Position numbers and translations under genes: made by a program | Origin: Octopus bimaculoides | Lineage: Eukaryota | Length of the DNA stretch: 64,000 nt | NCBI RefSeq assembly: GCF_001194135.2 | Contig: NC_068987.1 | Location: 13,453,925-13,517,924, forward strand | Direction: 5' to 3' | Notes under the pieces: model-generated | Database searches by the model: none | The model's input: only the letters and a program-made list of their open reading frames with translations | Told to the model about the DNA's origin: nothing | Shown here: in pieces, positions 46,246-59,884 of the stretch | Layout of the letters: every line of letters starts with the position of its first letter | Numbering within the stretch: position 1 is the first letter of the stretch

Positions 46246-47882
46246 ACAATATATAATAGTGAGGATACAGCTAGCTTTTGGTGATGAATAGTTAGTGTTA
46301 GAGGTGGTGGGGAAGAGGACAAGAGAAAGAAAATCCCATTAACCATAATAGCAAGATATAATTTAGAAAAGATGTTTAGAACGAACAATGACACAATATT
46401 CATAGGCAATAAAAGTCTACATAAACCTGGGTATCTTTTCACAGAATCATACACACCCTGTGTCTACATACACACCGCACTCATGCACTGTTCACTATAC
46501 TCAGGTTGCATCTCAATGGTCAGTTGAGCGGATAGAAATAATAGCTAAATCTTGCTCAAAACAGACATGTCAGATAATTTGGTCCAAGGATTCCTTGCAT
46601 TTAGGAAAAAAAATGAGAAAAAAAAAAAGATGTGTTGGTCACAGCTGCAATACTTTTGATCACAGATCTGCTTGGACCTATGGCTGAACAACACCAAATT
46701 TTTTTACATGTGTCATACATACATATACACACAAAATTCATAATATAAAGCAAAAATGAGCAATTATGTTAGGCCCATTCTAGATTGTTAGTGGCTCAAA
46801 GAGAGAACGTTTCCAGAGGCTGAAGCAGCAATTCATGTAAAAAGCTTAGTCATATACATACATACATTATATACATACATACATACATACATATACATAC
46901 ATACATAGATATACATACTTATATACATATATATATATATTAGTAACGGGCAGGACTAAGACTTTTAAGTTACAGTGAATGAAGCATGCAATATTTGTTC
47001 TGAGAAAAAGAACAGAAGAAAAGAAAACCGCACAAAGGTGGGACAAAAAAACGAAACAGTGAGTTTACTTTTCTATTTTGAACCACATCTAAAAAAAGAT
47101 AAGTGACATCATGATAAAAAAAGAGGACAAAATATATACATAACAAAACAAAAAACAAAATTGTTAGCATTGTCAACAATGACAAATTACATTAAAATAA
47201 ATATATACAAAGTCTTCAGTCACATGTATTACACAATTATGTATACATACAACTACACACATTGTGTGTGTATGTGTGTACACATGGATCAACAAAAGAA
47301 AGTGGCACTCAACACTTTTGGCAGCAGTTATATATATTTTTAATAGCAGTTTGACTCAGCTCTGTGTGACAAAGTTTCAAGGGTGTGTAGGACGTGTCCC
47401 TCACATGGGATATTAGGAGAAGGGTCGAATATGATGAAATGGGATGCAGTCTACATGCCCATGAAATTTTAAGTCATATGGAGCTGAATCAAACTGTTAC
47501 TAAAATATATATATATATATATATATGTATATATGAACAATTTTTAAAGTATTACAGGACAGCTAGCTGCCTTCATATTAAATAACTTCCAAACATGTCC
47601 GTAGATAATTTTCCTTGACCGAAAAAAAAAAAAAAAAGAAAAATCACCCACTTTACCAAAGTTTTACCTGTTGTTTTCATGTTTCATGTGAAAAGCAAAA
47701 GAGCCGACACCCAAAAGAAAAAGGGAGAATAGAAAAATTGATTGAAGTAAAATAAGAAGCATTTATTTGTAAATGTGTTTAAAAAAAAAAAAAAAGTTAA
47801 GATTTCTGGCTGATCCCTGCAAATTGTCACCTTCCATCTATTTGTTTCTTTCTAACCAACAGACATTAGAATAAAGGAAACA

Positions 47883-47920
<38 letters not shown>

Positions 47921-49611
47921 CAAGAGAGAGGGTGGGGAAAGATAGTCAGGAACTAAGCATATTACCTAGAAGGTATAAACTTTGGTACCTAATGAATGAA
48001 GAAAGTGGGAAACAATATAATCATTAATAATTTGTTTTTAACAGTGGAGCTCAAAGTAGGTAGAGCTATGAAGAATACTTTGTAAATATTGGGTAGAAAA
48101 TCCCTTTGGATAGAAAAAGTTGAAGGTTGCCCGTGGGACTTGAACCCACATCTTCTGTTAAACATGGAAGAGATTCTATTATTGTACTCAAGCAATCCTC
48201 CAAATTTCTCGATCCATTTTAAAAGAATTCTTCATTGATTATGCCATAAGAATTTAGAAACATCAAGAGCTGTAAAATAATTTGTTTTTAATGGTGGAGC
48301 TTGAAGTAGAAAAGGTTATAATAATAACATATAAATATTGGGCTTAAAAAAAAAACCTTTAGATGGAAAAAAAAAAAATCAAAAGTCTCACTTAGTTTCT
48401 AAATACTTATGACATAATAATAATAATAATAATAATAAAAATAATAATAATAATGACAGTTGTTTATGTGTGGAAAAAATGATGATTAGTGTTGAATTAA
48501 AAAACAAAACAAAAAAAAATACAGAAGATATTTTGATGGTGATGCAATTTCAAAAACAAGAATAAATTTATCTTTAGAACTGTGTACTAGAGTGCCACAA
48601 GAAATATAATTGTATAGCCTGCAGCTAGCTAGGTAGTATGTAGATACACTGAAGCAAGTAACAATAATGAGCTGAAAATCTTTGATTAATGGCAATATTA
48701 ACGAATAAACCAAAAAGAAAGAGGAGGGAGGCCCCAAAACTCAAAGAAACTCTTTGATCGAAGTTAGATAATCCATTATCATAATCAATCACATTAAATC
48801 ATCATCATCGTTTAACGTCTGTTTTCCATGCTAGCATGGGTTGGACGATTTGACTGAGGATTTATATAATGAATCTTAGGTCTATCCACTAACATGCATA
48901 CATCATGTTTGCTTTTTAATTTTAAACTGAAGGTGTGTGCATGAGAGAGAGAGAGAGATAGAGAGGGAATATAAATTAATTTTTGGAACTAAATTTGAAG
49001 AATGAGATAGTCCTACATGGCGACTGACGAGTAAAAGGCCAAGAAGACTAAGATGAAGATTTCCTTTGTCAAAGCAGAACGTCTGACAAGCTTCATGAAC
49101 AGAAAACTATTCTGATTTTTATTTGCAACCACCACTACCCATAGAAAAAAAGGTTGCACAAAATATCGCGAGATATTTCGAGAATTAATGCAGAGAAAAT
49201 AGAGAAAAGGGTGCATAAAAGTATAAAGACACAAAAGGTTGAGAGAGGTTTTGAAAATTAAGATAGAGAGAAAGCAAATGGGTTGCCAGTCATAAAAATA
49301 TATTTATCAGGCAATTTTTCTTGTTTTTACCCCTTAAACTAAATTAATAAATGAAAGCCATTTTCAAGGAATGGTAGTGAATACAAATTAAGAAGTAGAT
49401 GAGATTGGGTGTTAGATGATATTGTTTTATCAAGTTTATGCTTCCATATTTTATTGAAGGCCTCCCACAGTTAAAAGCAGCTACTTTCTTCTAAACATTG
49501 GCACATATACACACACACAGAGAAAATATTTAACTGTGATGAAATTAAATACATACATACATGTGTGTATGTATATGTATATGCAGGTGTGTGTGTGTAT
49601 GTGTATATATG

Positions 49612-49925
49612 TGTGGCTTAATGGTAAGGGACATTTGGCTTCCAATCATTAGGTTGTGAGTTCAATCCCCACCAGCATGTTGTATCCTTTGGCAAGGAAC
49701 TTTAATTCACATTGATCCAGTCCACTCAGCCAGCTAAAATGAGCTGTACCTGTATTTCAAAAGGCCAGCCTTATCACAATCTGTGTTGCGCTGAATCTCC
49801 CTGAGAACTACATTGAGGGTATGCATGACTGTGGAGTACTCAGCCACTTGCATGTTAATTTTATGAGCAAGCTAGTTCGTTGATCAGATCTACCAGAACA
49901 CTCCTTGTCATAACCAACAGAGTGC
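49612..49925 (+). mobile_element. SINE family G (F-type head and core, ctgaatctccctgagaactac body)
   Basis: Shares its body with 51885-52200 (+) and 60170-60290 (-). Confidence 0.8.
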
Positions 49926-49935
49926 CAGTATAGTA

Positions 49936-49993
<58 letters not shown>

Positions 49994-51689
49994 TATGTAT
50001 GTGTACATCAAGGTGTTTGTGTTTATGTGTAAAGATATCATTGTTATTGTTTTTAACATCTAATTTTCTATGCTTGCCTGGGTCAGATGGGGTTTATTAA
50101 GGAAAATTTTCTATGGCTGGATGCCTTTCCTGTTGCCAACCCTCACCAGTTTCCAAGAAAGGTAATGTTTCCTCATGCCAAGACGTGTTCTTGCAGAATA
50201 CTGGAAATGAATAACACTGCATGCATAACAGTGACACTCATTTACCATGCAATGTCAAAACAAAGAGATAGGTGTGTGTGTGTGGAGTTGTATTTCAATT
50301 AACATCTGAACATACAGTATCTATTTTGTTTGGTTCTGATTATTACTCGATCTCTATTCTGGTGGAAGTAATACTGGTTACAGATTTCAATGTTTCTTTT
50401 TGAGTAGAGAGTTAGTTTTACAACTTTTTAACTTAAAGTTAAATGGAATTTTAAACCTGATGTCAAAAAATACTTTTATAACTTGAGTATAAGACACTGT
50501 TAATTCACTCCACTTTCATGTTTATAACACAAAGGATAGCAGTTGTTATTTCATACTTTCAACCACTACAGCATAACAAAGAAAATCTTATATATAGCTG
50601 TCAACACTTATTGTAGCCCAAAGCACAATTACAAAACAGAGTGGACAAAAATTAAAAAATAAATATCGAAAATCTTGTCAATGATGTATCTCCAGATGGT
50701 ATCAGAGAAATTACTGATAAGAAATAATAACAATAGAAACTAATTGAATCAAATTAAGAAAATTAAGAAGAAAAAAAACGTTAAATAGATATTTGGTTAG
50801 AAGGGAAATAAAGAAATTTGGATGGAATGGTACATATCAAGAAGGAAAATAACACATAATTTTTAAAAATTACAATATTAATTGGTGAAAAGCTGGAAAT
50901 ATCAGGTATGGACTATTTATTGCATGGCGTGAAAAAAAAAAGAGTAAAAGCAATAAGAAGAATGATAATAACAATGATAATCATAATAATAAATATAATT
51001 ATCCTGTTGATTAGAAGTTAGTTGTACTGATTATTAGAAACCAAGTGAATGTTATAGTAATAATAATTAGAAAAAAGAAGAAAAGTTTGAGATAATGAAA
51101 ATCTATGTCATGATATTGCTGTGTTCCTATTGATTTATCTGAAAAGGTAACAGTAATTATTGAAATTAAAAGACTGCAACAATTTTTGGTGGTGGTGGTC
51201 TTTTTAATTTATTTTTGATAAATATTAAATGCAATACCACTAAAAGAAAAAACAAAAACAAAGGAAAAATAATTGATTATTAATTTGTAGTTTATATAAC
51301 ATCAGTGAAAGATATCTTTCAAAATAACACATGAAGAAAATCATTTCAAAATTTATTTACAGGCTAAGCACCTAGGTAGGTAGGTAAGTGTGTGTGTGTA
51401 TGCATTCCTCTTCTCAATAATTCAGGTGTGTGAGGTTCAAGCAACGGGTAGTATCTGTTTAACAGGAAAATTAAAACATCACTTTGTGTGCATGTGTACG
51501 TGTAGTTGATTAAATTAGCCCCAAATCCTGGCACATAACTGTACATTTTTATTGAAGCCCCTAGGAGGAAGAACGAAAAACACAGCCCCAGCAAGATTTT
51601 GCTGATGCAAAAGAGACAAAGCAACGTAATGATTTCTAACATAGGAGAGCACCAAGCCCTTATTTTAATACAACTGATCCAGCCCTTCT

Positions 51690-52598
51690 CCCCACAAACT
51701 TTATTGGTATTTAATTCATGAATCCAAAAGGTTGTTAAGCAAAAGCAATAACAGCATGATATCAACTCAGAACATAAAGAAATGCAACTAAATAGCACAT
51801 AATATTTCTTTTCCTGTTGATCTGCCAATTCTGCCAAGCCAACACTGTTTTAGATATTCTACCAGTCCTTGATTGGTATGAAGGTACATAGCTTAAGTGG
51901 TTCAGAGTACTTGGCTCACAATCGTAAGGCCGAGAGTTTGATACCTGAAAGCCCATTGTGTCTTTCAGCAAGATACTTTATTTCATATTACTCCAATCCA
52001 CTCAACTGGGGAATATGAGTAGTAACTGCATTTCAAAGGTCCAATGTCACAATGTCACAGTGTGTGTCACGCTGAATCTCCCTGAGAACTATGTTAAATT
52101 TACGTGTGTCTGTGGAGTGCTCAGCCACTTGCACATTAATTTCAAGAGCTGGCTGTTCTGTTGATTGGATCAACACTTGTCATAAGCAATGGAGTGCCAG
52201 TACTTGGTTGGTACTTTATTGCAGCTAGAGGGACAACAGACAAAGTTAATCTTTGTGGTATTTGAACTCAAACTCAGAATATTAAAAAAAACTGGAACAA
52301 ATAATGCAAGGGCTGGAAGAAATGCAGTTAAGCGTTTTGTGCAATGTGGTAACCATTCTGACAGCTCACTGCCTTAAAAATAATTGTTTCAATTTTGGCA
52401 CAATGCCAGCAATTTTAGGGGGAATGGGAGAGTCAATTACATCAACCCAGTACATGACTGGTATTCAGTTTTATAAACAATGAAAGGGTGAAAGGCTAAG
52501 TTAACTCCAGAAGAATTTGAACCCAGAACATATTAATCAGAAGAAATATCACTAAGCATATTGTCTGATGCTCTCATGACTATGCCAGGTTGCCACCT
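51690..52598 (-). mobile_element. Three family B SINE copies (about 51690-51845, 52200-52375, 52385-52598) around a plus-strand family G SINE
   Basis: tttgaactcagaac/gaaatac..ctaagcattt/ctgcca..ttaataata motifs. Confidence 0.7.
51885..52200 (+). mobile_element. SINE family G
   Basis: Shares its body with 49612-49925. Confidence 0.8.
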
Positions 52599-53053
52599 TA
52601 ATAATAATTAATAATAAGAGCCCTTAAAGGTGAGTAAAGATAAAATAATAATTAAAGACAATGAAAAGAAAGACAGAAATGAAAACAAAGGAACTGTCAC
52701 CTTTAACATAGTTAAACATTAAACTGTGTAACAGAGAACACAATGGAATTGTAACTACTAACTAGATTATCAGAGAAAGAGTTAAAAATAAAAGTCTTAT
52801 TGTATTGATCAATATACATGCTGCAGGTGTTATCAAGTGATTGAGTGACTGACTGCTGGCCTGCATACAGCTGCAGAAAGCGCAAGAGAGAAATTCTGTC
52901 TCTTGATGTTAGTGACTTCTTTTATAACAAGATTCCATGTTCTCACATTAAATGAATGCTTTTTTTTTTGTTTTTGTATTTCTAGGTTTTATCATTTATT
53001 AAAATTTTTTTGCCTCTCTCTCTCTCTCCCTCTCCCTCTCTCTNNNNNNNNNN

Positions 53054-53084
<31 letters not shown>

Positions 53085-54089
53085 TTACATGTATGTGTGC
53101 ATGTATAGCTGTATGTGTGTATGCATTTATTTGTGGGTGTAATATTTTGCTCACAAACATAAAAATTCCAAGATTTCTATTTTTCTTTTTTTTTTTAAAT
53201 TTAATCACGAACTGCCAGAATCAAAGAGCGATCTAATTAGTTAAGCAGGTTGCAGGGATTTTAATTTTCTTTTAAAAAGCCAAACTACCCAGAACTACAG
53301 TATTATAGGGAGAAGCATGAACAAGAGAAGAAAGGAAGTTACAGAGGAGAATTATTTCTGAAATGCTCAAGTTAACAGTTAGAGGGGATGAGCTTTATTT
53401 TCCCAAAGAATTATCCTTACTCTCATTGAGAAACACATTCCCTAAGCCAGCAGAGTTTAATTAGGATTAATCCAACGAGTTCATTTCATTTGGTTGGTTC
53501 CATCTTAGTATTTTTCCCAGGCAATTTTCACCTTCTACCAAAACATGTACACACACACACACACTGAATCTATTTATATTTACTCATTATTAAATGAAAA
53601 ATAATCACACTCAAGCGAAGGGGTAAGATACTTCATGTGTTGACTACCAGCGTTTCCTAGCTGGGAATTCTACTGAAAATAGTGATGAATAGGTTAATTA
53701 TAAATAGGTTGTGTGGTTAAAATATTCACTTTGAAAATATGAGGTTTTGGGTTCAATCCTACTTTACAGCACCTTTGGGAAATGTTTTCTATGATGGTCT
53801 TTGGAAGATGGAATTTGTAAGGAGCTTTGCCAGCAGGACCATTCTTGTTCTTCTGTGGAAGTAGATGTGCTCCATTGCCAGGTACCAAAGGGGTACTTAT
53901 CTTTTTGATACCATTAGGGAGGGCCACTCAACAATTCAGTTGTGAGCATTCAGGTCAAGTGCTCAGTCTGAAAATGACTTTCTCCTACCAATCATGGGTG
54001 CTTCATCTCCTCCTTTTGCTTTGATTAAACGATAAAAAAATTAAAGAAATTCCATGACACTATTACTAATTATTTACATAAGTGCAAAC

Positions 54090-54422
54090 ACGGCTGTGTG
54101 GTTAAGAAGACCCATTGCACGACACCATGGGCAAAGATCTTTTATTATAGCTTAAGGCTGACCAATGCCTTGTGAGTGAATTTGGTAAATGGAAACTGTG
54201 TGGAAGCCCATTGCATATATATGGATGCATGTGTGGTGCTTGTTCCCTCACTGCTTGACAACTGGTGTTGGTTTGCTTATGTCCCTGCAAATAAGCAGTT
54301 TAGCGAAAGAGTCAGATGAAATAAGTATCAGAGTTAAAATAAGTATTGGGGATCAATTTGTTTGACTAAACCCTTAAAAGCAGGGCCCCAGCATGGCCAC
54401 AATCTAATGACAAGTAAAAGAT
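54090..54422 (+). mobile_element. SINE family A
   Basis: Head, core and tail motifs. Confidence 0.8.
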
Positions 54423-55659
54423 AGTCTGTAGCAGGAGAGAAACGGTACAGCAACTTCTAAAGGAAAGACATCAACAATTTATGAAGACACCTGTATGTTG
54501 GATTCCTGTTATAACTAAAGTGTTCTGAGCAGTTGCAATTTTTTTAAGTGACAAAAAAAAAATCTTCACAATATTCTGACAGATGGTTTACGATATAATA
54601 ATAATAATCAAATAGAGAAAGAAATTAAGTCAGTCTAGAATTTAAATTTTATGTGAGTAAGGAATTTAAATTTAGAATTAGAAAACAGAAAATATATTTC
54701 TGCTAAGAACTCAGACACCACAAAAACTATTACAAAAATAATCTATGTCAAAATATTTATGTGTAAGGAAATACACCTGCTACCTAAATGAGACAAATGG
54801 CCCAATTATTATGTCTATATCTATTCATGTCTACGTACCTATATCTATCTATCTCACTTTGTACATTTGACTGTGTGTGTGTGTGTGTGTGTGTGTTGTA
54901 TGAGACATTTGGATGTACAAACAAAGAAAAGATATACTTGGTGCCTGTTGAATATATGTGTGCAAAATGTGTACCAATGATCTGTTACAAAAAAAAAAAA
55001 ATGCTTTGGAGACTGCAATCCTAGATACACTTTGCCTATGGAAAAAAAAAGGATGGTTTTATAACTAGAATACTTTGGATGAAAGTTCTGCTCAATCAGG
55101 GCTGATCTGATGCTAAACAAATAATAATAATAATAATAATAAAATGTGCATGATATATCAATCCAGATGTACTTTCATTTTCAAAATCTGAGACCCAGGT
55201 ATGTGTCTATACCTTCGTTGGTAGATCTTGTGGACATTTGGAACATATTTTAAACATTGGCACACACACTCTCCCCTTACATAATCTTAGTTGGTTTTCT
55301 GACAGAAAAATTTCAGCTGCTCACATACACACACACACACGCACAAAAGCCTCACTAATACTTATATTCTTTGTTAGTTTTACTATAAATCAATGGTTTG
55401 CAACCATATTTTGTCTAAGGACCCCTTTGATTCCTATTTTATTTAACTGGACCCCAATAGCCATTCAATGTTTAAAAGAATCTGTTTTTTTATAATTAAA
55501 TATTATTGGGAATCGTATAAAAAGAAAAAAAAGATTTAAAATATTTTGTGTATTGTAGAAGTATTGCCAATTGATTGCACATAAACTTTAACAACAAAAT
55601 CTTATATGGACCCTGGTTGATAACCACAGTTATAAATAATTATTATCATTATAGGCATA

Positions 55660-55985
55660 GGAGTGGCTGTGTGGTAAGAAGCTTCCTTCCTAATCACAAG
55701 GTTCCGGGTTCAGTCCCCAACATGGCACCTTGGGCAAGTGTCTTATGCTATAGCCTTAGGCTACCAAAGTCTTGTGAGTTGGCAGACAGAAACTGAAAGA
55801 AGCCTATCATGTATATGTGTGTGTGTTTGTGTCTCTGTTTGTCCCCGTCACTTAGCGGTTCGGCAAAAGATACCGATAGTATAAGTACTAGGCTTACAAA
55901 GAATAAGCCTTGGGGTCAATTAGCTTGACTAAAGGTGGTGCTCCAGCATGGCCACAGTCAAATGACTGAAACAAGCAAAAGAGTA
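55660..55985 (+). mobile_element. SINE family A
   Basis: Very similar to 8811-9195. Confidence 0.88.
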
Positions 55986-57134
55986 TTATAATCAACATCA
56001 TCAACTACAAATGGGCATCTCTCTTCATCAGTTGTCAGTTGTTCATTACAAGGTCTGAAGTTCATTGGACTGACATCACATCTTCCTTGCAGCTTTCTCT
56101 ATTTTACTAAGACCTCTTCTGAAATTCTTGATTATTTTCATAATTAATTTAAGCACATAGCCAGTATATTCTCGAGAAATATAGACTCAGTGTATGACAA
56201 GGCTGTACTTTTGAATTACAGGTGAAATCCATCAGATGGGATTCTATAATTTCCATTTACTCAATTTCAGTCACAAGATACGAGTCGACTTGAGGTTATA
56301 GAAAAATGACACTTGCCCAAGTGATCAAGCAGTGAGATTGAACCCAGAATCTCATGGTTGCCAAGTGAAGAACATAACCATTTAGTCATACTGCACAGGA
56401 AACCATATTTTTAAGTCATTAAGCTGTGATAGAAAAAAAAAAAGCCACTAGTGACCATAATAGTAAATCTAGCTTCCACCAATATTCACAAAGCTTTTTG
56501 TTTCTTGTGTTAATTTTCTTTTAAAGAAATTACTTTGCTCATTATTGGACACAAGAGAAAATATTCTTCTGTTGATGAGTTCAGGTATTATAGTCACTTA
56601 TGAAATACTGGACAAATGCCAAAGCACTGTCTTAAAATATATCTTAAGCTCATTATTATTATTACTACAATCTTCACTGAAATGTTTAGTGAAGTTGAGC
56701 TAAACTGTTAATCCCTTAACAATGGATGTATTTTCTTCTTTTCTTTTTTAATTCTTGTCTGATATTTGTGATGAAAGTTTGTCAAAACAAATCACCTTTC
56801 AATTACTTAAGATGCAAAAAAAGACAATGAAAAAAGATGTCTGTTTAAGCATCAAGATGGCAGTTAGCCAATATGTTGTATTGCATAGCTTAAACTGGTG
56901 GTAGTGATAGGGGGAGAGGACCTTGACTATCAGCCATCATCACATAAGGTCAAAAGAAATCTCTTCTCTGAGACATACCTCCAACTATCTTCATTTTTTT
57001 TTTTTCAGTTTTAGCAAGGTGCTATCAAATCACAATGCTCAGGTTTTAAGTGACAGATTTGAAAAATCATGAACGCCACAAGCGAACTAAGATTGTATCT
57101 GTGTGTAAGTGTGTTGTATCTAAACATTAAAGAC

Positions 57135-57285
57135 CTTGGCGGTGTTGGTGCCATGTAAAAAGCATCCAGCTGTAAAAACCATGCCAAAAAAAGACAGTGG
57201 AACTTAGTGTAGTTCTTTGGCTTGCATGTTCCTGTCAAACTGTCCAACCCATGCCAGAATGGAAGAGAGACATTAAATGATAATA
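57135..57285 (+). mobile_element. SINE family C 3' part (further fragments at about 48795-48862 and 50050-50260 on minus)
   Basis: aagcatccagctgtaaaaaccatgcc...gtccaacccatgccagaatggaa. Confidence 0.75.
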
Positions 57286-57360
57286 GAGTTTCATAGAGCA
57301 ATTTTGAGGAATGCCAGGGTAAAACAATTTCATAATTCAGCCGATGCATTTGAAGCGATG

Positions 57361-57414
<54 letters not shown>

Positions 57415-57560
57415 GATTTCAAATTTTGGCACAAGGCCAGCATTCACTGGTGCTTAAGTTTTTGACCATGAAAGGATGAAAGGCAAAGTCGACCACAGTG
57501 GAATTTCAACTCAGATCAAAGCAACAGGCGAAATACTGCTAAGCATTTCTGCCAGCTTGC
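57415..57560 (-). mobile_element. SINE family B with internal deletion, between two (TAA)n arrays
   Basis: gaaaggatgaaaggcaaagtcgacc core. Confidence 0.8.
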
Positions 57561-58087
57561 CATAATAATAATAATAATAATAATAATAAGAGGTAAAGCC
57601 AATAGTCTTTAAATGTTTCCAGAGTTTGTCCAAGTTTTATTAATGAGTAAGTTCATCTTTTGCTATTCCAATTAGAACTAAACTAATGAGTCTGTTAATC
57701 AGAGAAAACCCGAACTGAAATACTAATCTCCAATATTCACACATATCCAGACATAAACAAAATGAAATGCAAGTTCAGACAAAAAAAAAAAATCTAATTA
57801 TGACTTGTGTTATGTTATAAAGATGTAAGCCAGTGCTAAGTTCACTCACAATGCTACAAAAACAAAAACAAAATTTTAGAAAAGCGAATTGCATTTACTT
57901 CTGTTAGACAATAACTGAAGTAATAATTATAACCAAATAATAATTTTTTTCTGCGTCCACACCTAGTCTTTGAGTCAGAAATAAAACAAATATAAATCAC
58001 TAAAAATATAAAACAACATAAGCTTGAATAAAAACGGTAAAAATTAGTTAATGTTTACTGAAAAATAATTTTTTTTAAATACCACTC

Positions 58088-58118
<31 letters not shown>

Positions 58119-58512
58119 CCAAAAAACCAACACAAATCTCTTGATGTAAAATGATTAGTTGAATAAACAAAAAATAATTCATATGCACTTTTTGTTTCTT
58201 GAAAGTATATATTTTGCTGCAAGGCTCCATGCATTAAGTTGGCTATAAAATCTTTAGAAAATGGTGGGAAGGAGGGAGGGAGGTAAATATAATCGTTCAC
58301 TACTGACGTATTGTAGATTTATTAGTTGATATCTAAGGGGAAAAACATCTTCAAATTTACAATGCTTTATCATCACCATTGCACATTCTGACAATAGTCC
58401 AGTACCAGAATAAAGGAAACTGGCAATAAATCAGTGAACCAGCAGACAACTGAGGGAAGAAATAAGAATCGATAATAAATTTTTTTAAGAGAAAAAAAAG
58501 GAAATTATTTAA

Positions 58513-58736
58513 CCCTTTAGCATTCAGATTCCTCTGTCAAAAGTAATGCTTATTTATTCACATTGTTCTGAAGTAATCATGCATTATTTAATGGCTTCAA
58601 GATTTCAACGATGTGATTGTTCATTTTTAAAATGACATTGTAGGGTAGGTGTGAGAGGGAGGTCTGAACCGGTCAGTTTGAATATAAAACAAGGAAAATA
58701 TTTGGGCTTGATATGGCTGGTTTGAATACTAAAGGG
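58513..58736 (+). mobile_element. piggyBac-like MITE, family E
   Basis: ttaa|ccctttagcattcag...ctaaaggg|ttaa. Confidence 0.85.
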
Positions 58737-58982
58737 TTAAAAAAAATATTTAAAAAAAAAATGTCAAATAAGGAACACTGTAAATATAAAAAGAGAGATG
58801 GCTGCTGTATGACATGTTGTCAAATTCAAGTGGTTATTATTATTATTATTATTACTGTATTACTGCATCATGGTAATTAAAATGAAGGGATATATTACAC
58901 AAGCCAAGATGCAAGGTAAGTGAGTGGGAGAATGAGAGATGAAGAGGGAATAGAAGTTTCTAGTGATGTGGGCAGTAATTAC

Positions 58983-59072
58983 CTGTGATGCAGAGGAGTC
59001 GGTCCCTGTAGCTAGCTGTGGACTAGAGGACGAGTAGGTGTGCATATGTGCTGCAGACATACCTGCAGGTGC
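58983..59072 (-). CDS. PPFIA: Candidate 90-nt phase 0-0 liprin-alpha linker exon (APAGMSAAHMHTYSSSSPQLATGTDSSASQ)
   Basis: Acceptor tctgttctttcatttcag, donor CAG|gtaatt, 30 open codons, Ser-rich, and GC-richer than its flanks. Its phase fits the phase-0 start of exon 38590. No recognisable homology. Confidence 0.55.
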
Positions 59073-59358
59073 CTGAAATGAAAGAACAGATATGCAAATT
59101 GTATGCCATTCTGGCCAACATGCTAACTTCGAAGACAGAGAAGTGGGTCAAAGCAGTGAAGGAAAAGATATATGTGTGAGTGTGTGCGTGTATGTATATA
59201 TATACACACACACACACACACAGATATATATNNNNNNNNNNNNNNNNNNNNNNNNNNNNNNNNNNNNNNNNNNNNNNNNNNNNNNNNNNNNNNNNNNNNN
59301 NNNNNNNNNNNNNNNNNNNNNNNNNNNNNNNNNNNNNNNNNNNNNNNNNNNNTTATAT

Positions 59359-59391
<33 letters not shown>

Positions 59392-59884
59392 TATATAATA
59401 TATATATATTTATTTATTTATTATGTATGTGCAGATCTAGATCCTTAAAGGACTTGAAGAATTAGCGAGCAAGCATAACTTTCGGATGATGTGTCAAATT
59501 GTCTCTGTGTATGTGGAACATTTTCTATATGAATGTTTTCCGTGTTGCTGATTACTGGTCGGATGTTGCACATTGTTTATGAGGCAATAGCAGGAAAGGC
59601 CAATAAACACTGCTATTAACATCAAAGGCAGGTTCAATCAGCTATATACCAGCTCTTTAAAACAAGTGAACATTATCATTATGTCTTAAGTACTCCAAAC
59701 ACCCATCACAGCAACAAATATGCTGATTAAAAGATTGGGAATTATTAAATGTTTCACATACATTAAAAGTGTATGCATGTATCTCTTTCAAATTCTACAG
59801 GTAAAAAAATCCAACTTTTGTCTCTCTCTCTCTCATATATGTATATATATATGCATATATATATATCAAAAGGATCAAAGTTCC

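Noticed and set aside
48105-48200. Possible tRNA gene (perfect T-arm)
   Set aside because: No proper acceptor stem, D-arm or 7-nt anticodon loop; more likely a SINE-head remnant.
51364-51837. 157-aa minus-strand ORF
   Set aside because: Starts inside a degenerate family B SINE, has low-complexity composition and no usable donor.
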